Of a stretch of DNA of 44,967 bases, positions 18,707-29,156 are shown piece by piece. The stretch is taken from assembly GCA_963731595.1 (NCBI GenBank), contig CAVSWE010000003.1:300948-345914 (forward strand). Direction: 5' to 3'. Below the pieces are notes generated by a model. It searched no databases. It was not told the DNA's origin and saw only the letters and a program-made list of their open reading frames with translations. This stretch comes from an uncultured delta proteobacterium (GTDB lineage Bacteria > Myxococcota_A > Polyangia > Polyangiales > Polyangiaceae). Position numbers and translations under genes: made by a program. How positions within the stretch are numbered: position 1 is the first letter of the stretch; the number at the start of each line of letters is the position of its first letter.

Positions 18707-19249
18707 TCAAAGTCCAGAGCGTCGGCAACCGAGGAGATTGGCACGCATCCAGACTGCGTGTTCACGTTCAGGCGGCATTTGCGGTCGCTCATCAACGACG
18801 TTGTAGGCGACTTCATAGTGCGCCACGCTGCGGTCATGGCTAAGCATCATGGCTTCGACAGGGGGCGGGACGACAGCGACTCCAACGTCGGCGCCAGCAA
18901 ACGCTTTGATAGCCCCCAAAGACTCCCACAGCGTTAGAGCGCGGATGCTTCCGTCGCCTTCACCGCCTGGATCCCCGACCGGATGCCCTCGGACAGCATC
19001 GCGGCAAACGGCGTCTCTCCAAACGGGGGCCCTCAGCGTCCAGGAAACGCGTGCCACAGATCCTCGCCAAAGTAGGCGAGAGAACTGTATTGGCTGGGCT
19101 GCAACGCGTCCGGCGGCAGCGAATTGGTCGCGGAGAGGCGGTACCATGCCAGCGTGGTTGCCAAACAGACTGCCACGGCGACCGCCATGGCGATTCGAGT
19201 GGCCGATTTGCGCGGGATCCGATTCGTCATCGCCGAATCCTCCTATCAC
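18707..19249 (-). CDS. putative ABM-domain (antibiotic-biosynthesis-monooxygenase-like) protein; N-terminal frame uncertain
   Basis: The C-terminal ..DGSIRALTLWESLGAIKAFAGADVGVAVVPPPVEAMMLSHDRSVAHYEVAYNVVDE resembles the second half of ABM/YgiN-type domains. A TM/signal segment (ORF 19033..19230) lies upstream in another frame. Confidence 0.3.
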   Translation of the reverse strand: MIGGFGDDESDPAQIGHSNRHGGRRGSLFGNHAGMVPPLRDQFAAAGRVAAQPIQFSRLLWRGSVARVSWTLRAPVWRDAVCRDAVRGHPVGDPGGEGDGSIRALTLWESLGAIKAFAGADVGVAVVPPPVEAMMLSHDRSVAHYEVAYNVVDERPQMPPEREHAVWMRANLLGCRRSGL

Positions 19250-19948
19250 CGTTGCGACACTGGTTGCATGTCGAAAACATACCGAGACGATCCGAGAATA
19301 TTATGGTCAGGACTACCGCGAAGCGTCTTGATCAAGGTCAACTAGGCGCGTCTTCGCCTAGCGGCGTTGACTGGCCTCGGCGTCCGGCTCGCTGTTGACT
19401 TTGGCACACCCCTTGCGGGTCGCTGACTTGGTAGGTGGCGGTTTACTACCGTGTGAGTTACCCCCGCTGACGCTGCTCGTTACATAGCGACGCCGGTGAC
19501 GCTCGCCGACCGCAATCGCCGGAATGCAAGGAGAGTGCAATCGGCATCACCGAAATCGACCACACGATCTACCTGTGCACGACCCGGTCGTGAAGATTGC
19601 GACGTTTTACCGCGATCGTTCAAGACGTCACAGACGTCGGCATCCGTTGGAGCGCCCTCGGCGGTCACCGTTGGTGCTTGTTACGTCGTCACAGCAACGG
19701 TGTGCCGGACTCCGCGAGTTGCCGGAACATCAACGCGATGTCGTCGTTTTTGCGCCAGCGACGGGATTGCGGCGCTGAAAGCCTATAAACTGCCCTGGTT
19801 CCAGTACGCGACGCGGAAGTCGTTATCGGTCGCAAACAGCGGGCGCACGCGGGACGAAATGCGGCCGGGAGGTGAAAATCCCGGCCGCGACACACGATGT
19901 CCCACGCTATCCGTTATGACGCTCGGCGAGGGGAGATTTGCATCGATC

Positions 19949-20554
19949 TTAAGACTTGCCGTATTGCGCCTTTGCGTTACTAACGCATGTATCCTTCGCG
20001 GAGCCCGCGAGTGCGTCGCACTTCTCGATCGCGACCTTGAAATCTGCGTCACGCTTGTCCGCGTTCGCCTCGTTGCGGGCGTTGGCCTGCTTCGTCGCCG
20101 CGTCCTGGTGCGTGTCGGCTGTGACACGGTCGACCTTGGCGTCGGCCTTACCCTTGACGAGAGCGGCATCCGCTTCCTTTACGCACACGTCCTTAGAATT
20201 GCCCGAAAGTTCGTCACATTTCTCCTTAGCAACGCTGTGGGTCGCTTCGGCCCGGGTAGCACGCGCATCCTCGCGCGCCGCCGGGGTGTTCTTGTACGCG
20301 GCTTCGGCGTCGGCCTTAGCAACCTTCTCCTTACCGTTGGCTTCCGCGAGGCAAATGTCCTTGGCGTTACCGCTTCGCGAAGAGCAGGCATCCTTGTCCA
20401 TCTTGCCTTGCGTCTCGGCGTTCTTAACCGCCATGTTGTAAGCATCCTTGGATATCGGCGTCGAATCGATCTTCGGGCCATTCATCTGCGCCGCGGCAGG
20501 TCCCGCTAAACCGAGGCTGCCAGCGACAAATAGTGCAATCATCGTCTTGGACAT
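19949..20554 (-). CDS. secreted Cys-pair repeat protein (hypothetical)
   Basis: It has a signal peptide (MSKTMIALFVAGSLGLAGPAAAQ) and at least three ~45-aa repeats, each with the motif K-x-C-x-x-L/R-x-G-x-x-K-D-x-C (KDACSSRSGNAKDICL, KEKCDELSGNSKDVCV, IEKCDALAGSAKDTCV). The composition is Lys/Ala/Asp-rich. Confidence 0.5.
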   Translation of the reverse strand: MSKTMIALFVAGSLGLAGPAAAQMNGPKIDSTPISKDAYNMAVKNAETQGKMDKDACSSRSGNAKDICLAEANGKEKVAKADAEAAYKNTPAAREDARATRAEATHSVAKEKCDELSGNSKDVCVKEADAALVKGKADAKVDRVTADTHQDAATKQANARNEANADKRDADFKVAIEKCDALAGSAKDTCVSNAKAQYGKS

Positions 20555-20793
20555 GTTAGTTCCTTATGGTTCGATTATGGTGCCAGCAGCCTTGTCAAAG
20601 GCTAAAACGCCAAGGTTCCAATTCGTGCGGCTCGACGACCCTCAGTGTCAAACGAATCGACATAGGGACCCCTTAGCGAGAAGGATGCCTTTCCCCTCTG
20701 ATCTGAACGATAGGCGCGATACCCAATTGCGTCTGTGCGCCAGCGTACCCATTCCGTGCGGGATCCGCCGAGAGAGCAGGGTAAGTCCGTCGC

Positions 20794-21630
20794 TTAGCGC
20801 ACCGGGCCTTGCAGCTTGACCTCGTCGGTCCATACCTTGAAGCTGGTCAGTATATTGGGTCCGAACGTACTACTGATCGCGACGTCGCATGCGTCACGGC
20901 CGCGTGCAATGAGCACCCTTCCAATGCGCGGCATGTTGTTGCGGGGGTCGAAGGTGTACCAACGGCCATCGAGAAAGGCTTCGAACCAGGCAGCGAAATC
21001 CATCGGGCCGTACGGGGGCGGCACGCCAATGTCGCCGAGCTAGCCGGTGCAGTAGCGTGCAGGAATGTTCATGCATCGGCAAAAGGCGACTGCGAGGTGT
21101 GCATAGTCTCGACAGACCCCGGTTTTGTCGTAAAAAGCCTCGAATGCCGTGCGCGTCATGCGCGCATGCTCATAGCCAAATACGATATGTCGATGGACAT
21201 AATCGCAGATCGCTTGAACGCGACTCCATCCCGTTCGAATGTGCCCAAACAGATTCCACGCCGTCTCCGACAATCGGTCAGTTTCGCAATGCCGGCTTCC
21301 CAATAGGAACAGCAGCGTTTCCTCAGGGAGGTCTGCCACGGCTAGCTGTTGGGCCTGGGGAGCGATCACGTCCAGCGCCCCCGTATCGTTCACGATAGCA
21401 TTGGCCGACAGACACGTCCGACCCGTCGGCGCGACGATGCGGGTACACCAGTTGCCAAAGCTGTCCCGATAGGCTGCCATCGGTACCGGTGGGTTGACCA
21501 CCAAATCATCGCGGCCGATGAGATCGGAAACACGCGTGAAGTGGACGTTCAGGTTGAATACCATCGGAGTCGGCTTCGGGCACTCGTAGATCATTTCGAA
21601 CCCAACGCGTATTTGCAAAGTTGACCTCAA
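20794..21630 (-). pseudogene. transglutaminase-like family protein interrupted by an in-frame TAG at 21040..21042
   Basis: Upstream piece ..GVCRDYAHLAVAFCRCMNIPARYCTG, then TAG where Tyr is expected, then LGDIGVPPPYGPMDFAAWFEAFLDGRWYTFDPRNNMPRIGRVLIARGRDACDV.. . Together these form a contiguous transglutaminase core (Cys-His-Asp). Confidence 0.55.
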
Positions 21631-22056
21631 GCATGCGCAAATGAAAACGAGAAGCTTCTATTCCGAATCCACGGGTGGGCACTTGGGCGAACAATACTGG
21701 CGCCCTGCAGAACGTCTCGCGCTACCTACGCCGCTATGCGTAACGCGCGATGCAAAATTGCATTCCGGGACGGGCACTTGGGGAAGCGCCCCGTCACAGC
21801 CGACTCGCCGTCAACGCAACAAAAACCCGTGCGTGGAGCTTTATCCTCGAGGTGTCAATGGCCGCCGCCGTGGCCGGTAGAACGCCTTTCTAAGCATGGC
21901 TCATGCAATTTTTCTGCACGCGCACCAGTCGGCACGCATTCCCTGACTTACAACCTATATCGTCCAATGTAGTGACGCGTAGTGACGCCCGCGAGCGCCC
22001 ACTCCACTTCACCAGTTGAATTGCCGGCGCGCCCGGGCTCAAAGAAATGAGCGTAC

Positions 22057-22215
22057 TCACATCTTCTGTTGGGCGTCCTTTGCCGTGTCGTGAATCGCCT
22101 GGCCGCCACGCTCGACGTCGGTGCCCGCGCCGGCGATGGTGTTGCAACCTGAGATCGTGCTAATCGCGCCGAGCAAGCCGAGCAACATCAGTACTGCGAG
22201 CATCCTTCTTGTCAT
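22057..22215 (-). CDS. entericidin EcnA/B-family lipoprotein
   Basis: MTRRMLAVLMLLGLLGAISTISGCNTIAGAGTDVERGGQAIHDTAKDAQQKM has a lipobox (ISGC) and the entericidin-like size and sequence. Confidence 0.7.
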   Translation of the reverse strand: MTRRMLAVLMLLGLLGAISTISGCNTIAGAGTDVERGGQAIHDTAKDAQQKM

Positions 22216-22277
22216 GATTGATTTCCTCGTGTTATGCGTCCCACGTTCGTCAGACAACTGTCCAAGGCGTTGGATCC

Positions 22278-22436
22278 GTTTTCAGATCTTCCCAAGTAAT
22301 AACAATACAATCAGAACGACGACGATCAGCCCTAACCCTCCGCTGGGTCCGTACCCCCAGCTCCTACTATGCCCCCAAGTTGGTAACACGCCTACCAGCG
22401 CTAAGATAAGAACGATAAGAAGGATTGTGCCGATAC
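22278..22436 (-). CDS. DUF3309-family small membrane protein
   Basis: MSIGTILLIVLILALVGVLPTWGHSRSWGYGPSGGLGLIVVVLIVLLLLGKI is the canonical DUF3309 sequence (PTW.YSR.WGYGPSGG). Confidence 0.75.
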
Positions 22437-22778
22437 TCATTGTTCTGCCCCGGAAAGAGTTGTCTATCGATGCCGGCCCCGATGCGGCCTAACGCGCTCG
22501 CATTGTGGTGACGTAGCGCACTACTAGCGATACCTGTCGACGCTTGATCTCCTCCGCCGCATGGTCGCCGACAGCAACGGGTTTCTTGGGTTCACTTCGG
22601 CTTGCCTCGGGGCCCAAGTACGGCGCGCCGTTCATAATGGTCTCGTCCCCGGCGCCGACCGGCTTTGCGTCGCCAGATACCCGGAATCTGCTAGTCCAGC
22701 CCATTGCTGTTTGCCTCACCATAGTCAACATTGGCCCTCCGCCGATGGCCGGGTCGATTTTTCTGCACTCTGCGTCGG

Positions 22779-22967
22779 TCAGCGGCCTTTCCTGTCTGCC
22801 TTTTCAAGTGCCTGCTCGACATTTCCCACTCCCTTTTGTACGTTGCCTTCCACCTGCTTCGCAACGCCTTTGAGCTGCTGGGTCTTATTGCCCGTCAGTT
22901 GTCCAACCTTCTGCTGAACCTTACCGGCAACATCCTTTACAGTGCCTTTCACTTGATCGCGGTTCAT
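22779..22967 (-). CDS. CsbD-family general stress protein
   Basis: MNRDQVKGTVKDVAGKVQQKVGQLTGNKTQQLKGVAKQVEGNVQKGVGNV.. is the typical CsbD repeat pattern. Confidence 0.8.
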   Translation of the reverse strand: MNRDQVKGTVKDVAGKVQQKVGQLTGNKTQQLKGVAKQVEGNVQKGVGNVEQALEKADRKGR

Positions 22968-23037
22968 GGTGTGCTCCTTAAGTGCGGCTCAGGATCCTGG
23001 TCCAGGCCCCGTTGCCGCTGTTCGCGAAATTGTTGAC

Positions 23038-23400
23038 TTACAGCCGCGCTAAGCGACCGATCAAATAGCCGACGACGAGCGCGCCAGCAACCATGGCGAT
23101 CGGACGCGCTCGTATCGAAGTGCTTGCCGATTCTGTGAGTTGTGCGTGAACTTGCTTGGCTTGCCCGGCTATCGTCGACGCCCATTCGGCCGCAGACATT
23201 GTGGCATCGGCGGCGTTGTCGACTGCACGATGGACCGCCTCAGAGGAACGATCCACTTGCGTAGCAGCCCTATACGCGATTTTGTCCGTTGCCATGTGCG
23301 CCGCCTGCGCTGCGTCATCTATTTCCGAGTTAACTGGATTGGCAAGGTTACTGTTCGCGGTACCTTTACCACTACCGCCCATTGTCGTGGTTCGTTCCAT
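23038..23400 (-). CDS. DUF883 (ElaB/YqjD/YgaM-like) membrane-anchored stress protein
   Basis: The C-terminal ..RARPIAMVAGALVVGYLIGRLARL tail anchor plus an upstream Ala/Gln-rich helical region. Start chosen at ATG 23400 (AAGGGG SD); the ORF extends to 23523. Confidence 0.6.
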   Translation of the reverse strand: MERTTTMGGSGKGTANSNLANPVNSEIDDAAQAAHMATDKIAYRAATQVDRSSEAVHRAVDNAADATMSAAEWASTIAGQAKQVHAQLTESASTSIRARPIAMVAGALVVGYLIGRLARL

Positions 23401-23866
23401 GGAGGAGCCCCTTCGAGGAAATTGCGTTGCCGATACGGTTAATACTCCAATGCCAGTTGCGGAAATATCAACCCTTTGAAGCCATTCAGTTAGCGGACCC
23501 AGTCTGATTCTGTCGTAGGACAAATGCGTACCTCTAGTAGATACAGATAGATACGCACGCGCTGGAATGGCTACGACTGAGACAGAGTACGCCGGAGCTG
23601 GCGCCGCGTCTGCGCGCTAGCGCACATAGGGACTCAGTGCGATGCTTACCGTGCGACATACAGCCGTCCCGCGCGCGGCTCGTGCCATAGAGCCGCCTTC
23701 GATAAGCATTGCGGGCGCCAGCTGTCCGGGCGGCATGGTACGTGGCAAGCCTTACCGCCCTGGCGCCGATGGTGGCGACGTCAAGCTTGCGCGACCCTCA
23801 TATGCTGCACATTTCAAACAGTCCCATCGTTTCTTGATCATGACCGTTACTTCATATTGCGAGGGA

Positions 23867-24490
23867 CTACGCGAGGTTGTCGCCGGCAAAGCCCCAGTTG
23901 ATCAGTTTGTCGAGCACGGCATTCACGTAGTCCGCGCGACGGTTCTGATAATCCAGGTAGTAGGCGTGTTCCCATACGTCGATAGCCAACAGCCGCTTCA
24001 CGCCCTTGGTCAGGGGCGTCTCTGCATTGCCAGTCTTGACCACTTTCAGCTTGCCTGCTTCCTGCACGAGCCATGCCCAGCCGCTGCCGAATTCGCTCGT
24101 CGCCGCCATCGCCAGGTCCCTCTTGCACGCATCTAGATTGCCGAATGAAGCCTCGATCTTTTGCTTCAGTGCCGCCGGAGGCTCACCGCCGCCCTTCGGT
24201 CGCAAGCTACGCCAATAGAAGGTGTGGTTCCACGTCTGCGCTGCATTGTTGAAGATCGCAACCTTGTCGGCTTTGCCGGTTGTCTCGGCGATGAGTTTCT
24301 CCAACGAGAGGCTGGCGAGTTCGGTCCCTGCTAGAAGCTTGTTTAGGGTATCGACGTACCCTTTGTGGTGCTTGCCATAGTGGAGCCCTATCGTCCTACC
24401 GGAAATTACGGGATCCATCGCGTTTTCCGCGTAAGGCAGGGGCGGTAGAACATGCAAAGTTGTTTTTTCGATCACGTCAATGTCGCTCAT
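23867..24490 (-). CDS. sodB: Fe/Mn superoxide dismutase
   Basis: ..[73 protein letters not shown] carries all SOD metal-ligand motifs. Start at ATG 24490 with an AAGGAAG SD. Confidence 0.9.
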   Translation of the reverse strand: MSDIDVIEKTTLHVLPPLPYAENAMDPVISGRTIGLHYGKHHKGYVDTLNKLLAGTELASLSLEKLIAETTGKADKVAIFNNAAQTWNHTFYWRSLRPKGGGEPPAALKQKIEASFGNLDACKRDLAMAATSEFGSGWAWLVQEAGKLKVVKTGNAETPLTKGVKRLLAIDVWEHAYYLDYQNRRADYVNAVLDKLINWGFAGDNLA

Positions 24491-24856
24491 TTGATCTTCC
24501 TTTCCAATAATGTTCATCCGATGTTCGCAGACTATGAATCGACGCACGGGAACCAGCTGTGCACTTTCAAATTACTCAAGTAGGACCGCCCGCGACCATT
24601 ACTCCCAAGTACCACATTCGCTTTGCGGTCGATCTTGGCACGGTCTGCTGCACGCAGGTCCCCACCGCGAAACTGCAGTGCGGCGTGAGCGGCGGCGGAA
24701 ATGCGCTCCGAGGCGTAACCCGCTGCAGGCGAGTTCCCGGGGGCGGACACGTCGTCGCGCCAGGCGAGATGCCCGCCCCTCCTGATTCCCAACTTCATCA
24801 TTAAATAAAGGTTCGCATCCGTTTGCGAAAGTGACAATAAAACCGTAGTGCGCGTC

Positions 24857-25141
24857 TCAAAGAGACAGCAGTCGCTCAAAGAACGAGCGATAACGACGCA
24901 GGGCAACGCGTAGATTCTCCGTAGACGTTTTGTCCGTTTGGTCGATCTCACTCTCAAGCTTTGTGCGTTCGTTGGAAAATGTTTCCGCTAAGCCTTTCAT
25001 GACTTGAGCAACGAGCTCATCCGCTTGCCGGACAGCTTGGCTCGGGTCATCGACAAAACCTCTTTGAACCGCGTCCCAGCGCGAACGAAACTCCTTCGCT
25101 GCATCTGGCGAGAAGAGCGCGGCCAAGCTGCTTCTCCGCAC
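24857..25141 (-). CDS. conserved hypothetical protein (widespread small family; often near stress genes)
   Basis: ..AAKEFRSRWDAVQRGFVDDPSQAVRQADELVAQVMKGLAETFSNERTKLE..DKTSTENLRVALRRYRSFFERLLSL resembles an uncharacterised family widespread in actinobacteria and proteobacteria. Confidence 0.45.
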   Translation of the reverse strand: MRRSSLAALFSPDAAKEFRSRWDAVQRGFVDDPSQAVRQADELVAQVMKGLAETFSNERTKLESEIDQTDKTSTENLRVALRRYRSFFERLLSL

Positions 25142-25463
25142 TCCTCACATCGGAGTTTTGAGTTTGATTTCGCGTACCATCTCGTGGGACAGTGGGCAAG
25201 CAAGCGCGATCTCTTCTGCCGTTGCTAAGCATGGTGTCGTAAGACTTCTCTCGTCCGGCTCTCTGTCTAAGGTTGTATTCATGATTGCGTCTCCATTTAC
25301 TTTACTGATATGGGCCTTTTACGGTATTAGCCGTCGTTTGTAGCCGTCCGACGTCGCCGTCACATAACGGGGTATCGCACAGCCCGAGCAAGCGGCGAAT
25401 TAAGTCCGAGCTGCATGTGAGATGCGCTGAATCCCGACACGCTTCACGCGCCAGGACAAGCGT

Positions 25464-26699
25464 TTAATGCCGATTCTGGTAGTTCAAGGATTGATGAAAC
25501 GAATCGCGCTGCCAGTCTGGCATTTCGCCGTAAGGATACTCGTTCGAAATCCGGCGACCCGACGCGATGCCGTTGTATAGACCTGGAAGCGATGCATAGT
25601 CGCCTGGGCCGAACGTTCGGCATTCGCCGCGGAAATTCGCATCGCTGCAGAAGATCCAGTAGCCGCGATCGACCCGCAGCGACGACGCTCGTTCGGTGAA
25701 TTTGTCATACAGGTCATCCTGGCCCTCGCTACTGAGACGGAATTCACGGCCGGTGAGGTTGGGTCCCGAAAACAGCGTGGCGCTGGCGCGACCGCGTATT
25801 CCGTCGCGTGGCATTTCGCCGCGCTGATCGTAGGACGGGCGAACCGAACTGATACGACCGCTGAGACCGCCGAGTTCCGCATATCGACCCGGAACGAAAA
25901 TTCGACAACCGCCGCGGAAATCGGCGTCCACGCAAAGCTCCCAAGCGCCGCCCTCGACGATCGCTGATTGATATCGCTCAACCGCGTGCGATGAAGCAAA
26001 ATTGGGATCCGGTTGGTCTATCATAAATTTGCTTCCGCCAAAATTCTCGGACTCAAAGAATATGATGCCTCCTTTTGCTCGCGGCGTAATAGCCGGCGGT
26101 GGCAGTGTCGCCATCGGTACCGAAAGCGGACGCGCAGAGCTGATGCGACGCGACCAAGCGTCGAGGATCGGGTAACGGCCCGGGCCTAGGGTCGTGCAAT
26201 CGCCACCGAAGTTAGAGGCGGCGCAGACTTCCCATGCTCCTCCTTCCACCACTGCCGATTGGGGCCGGCCATTAAAGCCGCTCGGACCGAAATTTGACAG
26301 CGTCCGGTCGGTCGAAATTTGATGGCCGCCGAAGTTTTCGTTTTCATAGAATGTGATGCTACCGGTAGGCTGTAACCCTATTACGGGTGTTGTACCAACC
26401 GGCCGTGCGGAGCTGACCCGCCCCGACAGTCCACCGAGGCTTGGATAACGACCGGGCGCGAGGACCGTGCAGCCACCACCGAAATTCTGGTCGAGACACA
26501 GCTCCCATGAGTTGCCGTCGACGATAGCCGATTGCGCACCGTTGTTGAAACCGACGACGCTGAAATTCGGCAGCGATTGGTCAACGGTAATTTGGTGCCC
26601 GGCGAAGTTCTCAGTTTCAAAGAACGTAACGTTGCCCATCGCCGTACCGGAGGCAAATGCCGCGATGCCAAAGATGAAATGCTGCAATAGTCGGTTCAT
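25464..26699 (-). CDS. secreted beta/gamma-crystallin-fold protein with four tandem ~90-aa repeats
   Basis: Signal peptide MNRLLQHFIFGIAAFASGTAMG, then four repeats of the pattern (I/V)TF(F/Y)E.ENFGG...(I/V)...(L/P)NF......(S/A)(A/I)(V/I)(V/E)..G.WE(L/V)C.(D/A).NF(G/R)G.C..(L/F).PG.Y..L... The first three are followed by SGR(V/I)SSARP; the fourth ends WIFCSDANFRGECRTFGPGDYASLPG..RRIS. These are Greek-key beta/gamma-crystallin signatures. Confidence 0.7.
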   Translation of the reverse strand: MNRLLQHFIFGIAAFASGTAMGNVTFFETENFAGHQITVDQSLPNFSVVGFNNGAQSAIVDGNSWELCLDQNFGGGCTVLAPGRYPSLGGLSGRVSSARPVGTTPVIGLQPTGSITFYENENFGGHQISTDRTLSNFGPSGFNGRPQSAVVEGGAWEVCAASNFGGDCTTLGPGRYPILDAWSRRISSARPLSVPMATLPPPAITPRAKGGIIFFESENFGGSKFMIDQPDPNFASSHAVERYQSAIVEGGAWELCVDADFRGGCRIFVPGRYAELGGLSGRISSVRPSYDQRGEMPRDGIRGRASATLFSGPNLTGREFRLSSEGQDDLYDKFTERASSLRVDRGYWIFCSDANFRGECRTFGPGDYASLPGLYNGIASGRRISNEYPYGEMPDWQRDSFHQSLNYQNRH

Positions 26700-27668
26700 T
26701 GCTGTTGACCCCTCGTTGGTGTCCACGAACTTTAGCGTTCCGATCGAGCATAGCTGCTTGATAGTTCTAAAGTCTGGCGGAAGCACTGGAGGACGTCTGT
26801 GCGGGATCGCACACAGAGAAGTTCTTCTCCACCTACTAGCACTCGCTATAAAGGGAAAGCCGCTCAAGATCAGTGGCGACGCGGATAGCTACAACCATCA
26901 AGATGGGAACGAGGATTAACGCCAAGCAGGCACCTTGTATCGGTTCATTGATGGGTCCCAAAAATCGCGACTTGTCGGCAACCTTGCTGGCGCGCTAAAG
27001 GTCGTGCCGCGCTTTATTCAGGCGCGACAGATTGGTCAGTTCTGTAAAGAGGGCCCGACTATGGCGGCCACGTAGCTGTGGGTCTAGGCATCAAGATCGA
27101 TGACACTATCGGCCAAACGGCATAATGTCCTGTCTGGACCCATGATTTCATTAGTTATGGTCGACAGCGCCATCGAACGACCACTGTCGGCGACTTCGCG
27201 GTATGGCCGCTTTTAGCCGGGCGTTGACCGGCAAGAACGTATCTCGGTTCTTGACCGCCTCCCGTCGCGTTGCGGACTGGGTCCTCGGTGGCTCAGACCG
27301 CTTGCCTGGGCCCCGATAGGTATCGGGCTGTGTCACAATCGACCAACAAGGCCACCAGCACGACGACTACCACGGTTCCTAAGCCGCTCGGATACCACCC
27401 ATAGCTGTGATGCCATGGACCAATCCGACATTGCGCCGACAGACCGCGCGCTCCGCCATACGGCGGGAAACGTACCCAATGCTTGGAAGATTTCCCATCG
27501 GCTGTCAGTGCAGCAGCGGACACTTGCGCTGGATCGGCGAGCGCAGTGGATATGCTGGCCCATCATGACTTCGAACTCGATATTGGCGGCGCACAGCTTC
27601 GCTCAGTGCGAGGGAAGTGCGAGCAAGTACCGCGCGCAGCGGATTACGGTAAGAAAGCGGTCGGTGAG

Positions 27669-28454
27669 CTACTTGGCGACGTACGGCAGTAAACGATCGA
27701 ACTCTTTCTTGACCACCTGGTAACACTCGCAAGACCGCTTCTCCAGGCCAGGGCGATCAAGCACGGTGATCCTGCCGCGCTGGTAACGAATCAACCCGGC
27801 TTCCTGCAGCTTCCCCGCGGCCTCGGTAACCCCTTCGCGACGGACGCCAAGCATGTTCGCGATCAACTCCTGAGTCATCGAAAGTTCGTTCGTCGCCAAA
27901 CGATCCAGGCTAAGCAGCAACCAGCGGCACAATTGCTGGTCGACTGAATGGTGCCGATTGCATACCGCGGTCTGCGCCATCTGCGTAATTAGCCCCTGGG
28001 TGTAGCGCAGCAACAGATGCATCATTGGGCCGAAACGCGCGAACTCGTCTTTCAGCAACTGAGCCTTCAAACGGACGCCATAGCCTGCGCTTTGGACAAC
28101 CGCATGACTGGGGGTCGTGTCCCCGCCCATGAAGAGGGATATACCGAGCACACCTTCGTTCCCGACGACAGCGATTTCCGCCGACGCGCCATCCTCCATG
28201 ACGTAAAGCAAGGAAACGATGGCTGTTGTGGGGAAATAGACGTACCGCAGCCGGGCGCCTGGTTCGTAGAGGACCTCACCCAACCCCATCGACACTGTTT
28301 CCAGGTGAGGTTTTAGACGGACGTAATCGCCTGCAGGCAACGCATCCAAAAGATGGTTCTGATGACCGTTTTCGCGCGCGGGCGCAGCCAAATGCAACCT
28401 GCCCTTCAAGGGTGTGTTCGACGCCTTTCGGACGCGTCGGCTAGGACCCGCCAT
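27669..28454 (-). CDS. Crp/Fnr-family transcriptional regulator (paralog A)
   Basis: It has a cNMP-binding-like domain plus a C-terminal HTH (..ELSMTQELIANMLGVRREGVTEAAGKLQEAGLI..). It is 45% similar in pattern to the regulator at 29523. Confidence 0.8.
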   Translation of the reverse strand: MAGPSRRVRKASNTPLKGRLHLAAPARENGHQNHLLDALPAGDYVRLKPHLETVSMGLGEVLYEPGARLRYVYFPTTAIVSLLYVMEDGASAEIAVVGNEGVLGISLFMGGDTTPSHAVVQSAGYGVRLKAQLLKDEFARFGPMMHLLLRYTQGLITQMAQTAVCNRHHSVDQQLCRWLLLSLDRLATNELSMTQELIANMLGVRREGVTEAAGKLQEAGLIRYQRGRITVLDRPGLEKRSCECYQVVKKEFDRLLPYVAK

Positions 28455-28709
28455 TCGAATATTTTACGCCATCGAGCCGCTTCTTTGTCAGGTAGCGTAC
28501 GAAGGCTGGCGGATGCCACTCGACCCGGTTACCGCTGATTGCGCTGGAAAATCGGCCCGCTTCTGTGCGCAACCGCACGGACAGCACAGAGGAGCCTGGA
28601 TAAGAATGCTACAAATCGACTGAGCAATTTACGCGTTATTGGAATTGCAGCGGCACAGATTAGTGTGCTGCTGCAGTGTGAGAGTCAGCCCATTCAACGG
28701 AGGAACACT

Positions 28710-29156
28710 ATGAGCGAGAGCCTGTTTCGTCAACGCGTTCTACTTATTGGGATTGCCCTGGCGGGCGCGCTTGGGATCCTTATCGGTTGTGCATCGATGT
28801 CCCAGTCGTCGACCCAGCAAATAGTCCTTTCCGGAAGCAATGAGGTGCCTCCGGTAACGACTTCCGCATCGGGCACTGGAACCGTCACCATCAATCCCGA
28901 TCACACCGTCAGCGCAAGCATCACCGTAACAGGAATGGTGGCGACCGCATCACATATTCACGAAGGTGCCGTGGGTATCAACGGTCCCGTTATCGTTCCC
29001 TTCACCAAGACTGGCGACAACACATTCGTTGCACCTGCCGGGGCAAAGCTCACGGACAGCCAATACGCCAGTTACAAGGCGGGCAACCTGTATGTCAATG
29101 CACACAGCGCCCAGCATCCAGGCGGCGAGATCCGCGCTCAGCTCAAAGGCAATTGA
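28710..29156 (+). CDS. CHRD-domain lipoprotein
   Basis: Good SD (GGAGGA). It has a lipobox (LIGC) and the CHRD motifs ..HIHEGAVGINGPVIV.. and ..LYVNAHSAQHPGGEIRAQL. Confidence 0.75.
   Translation: MSESLFRQRVLLIGIALAGALGILIGCASMSQSSTQQIVLSGSNEVPPVTTSASGTGTVTINPDHTVSASITVTGMVATASHIHEGAVGINGPVIVPFTKTGDNTFVAPAGAKLTDSQYASYKAGNLYVNAHSAQHPGGEIRAQLKGN

Noticed and set aside
19496-20509. 337-aa plus-strand ORF
   Set aside because: Antisense of the secreted Cys-repeat protein gene. It has Arg/Val/Leu-rich low-complexity content.
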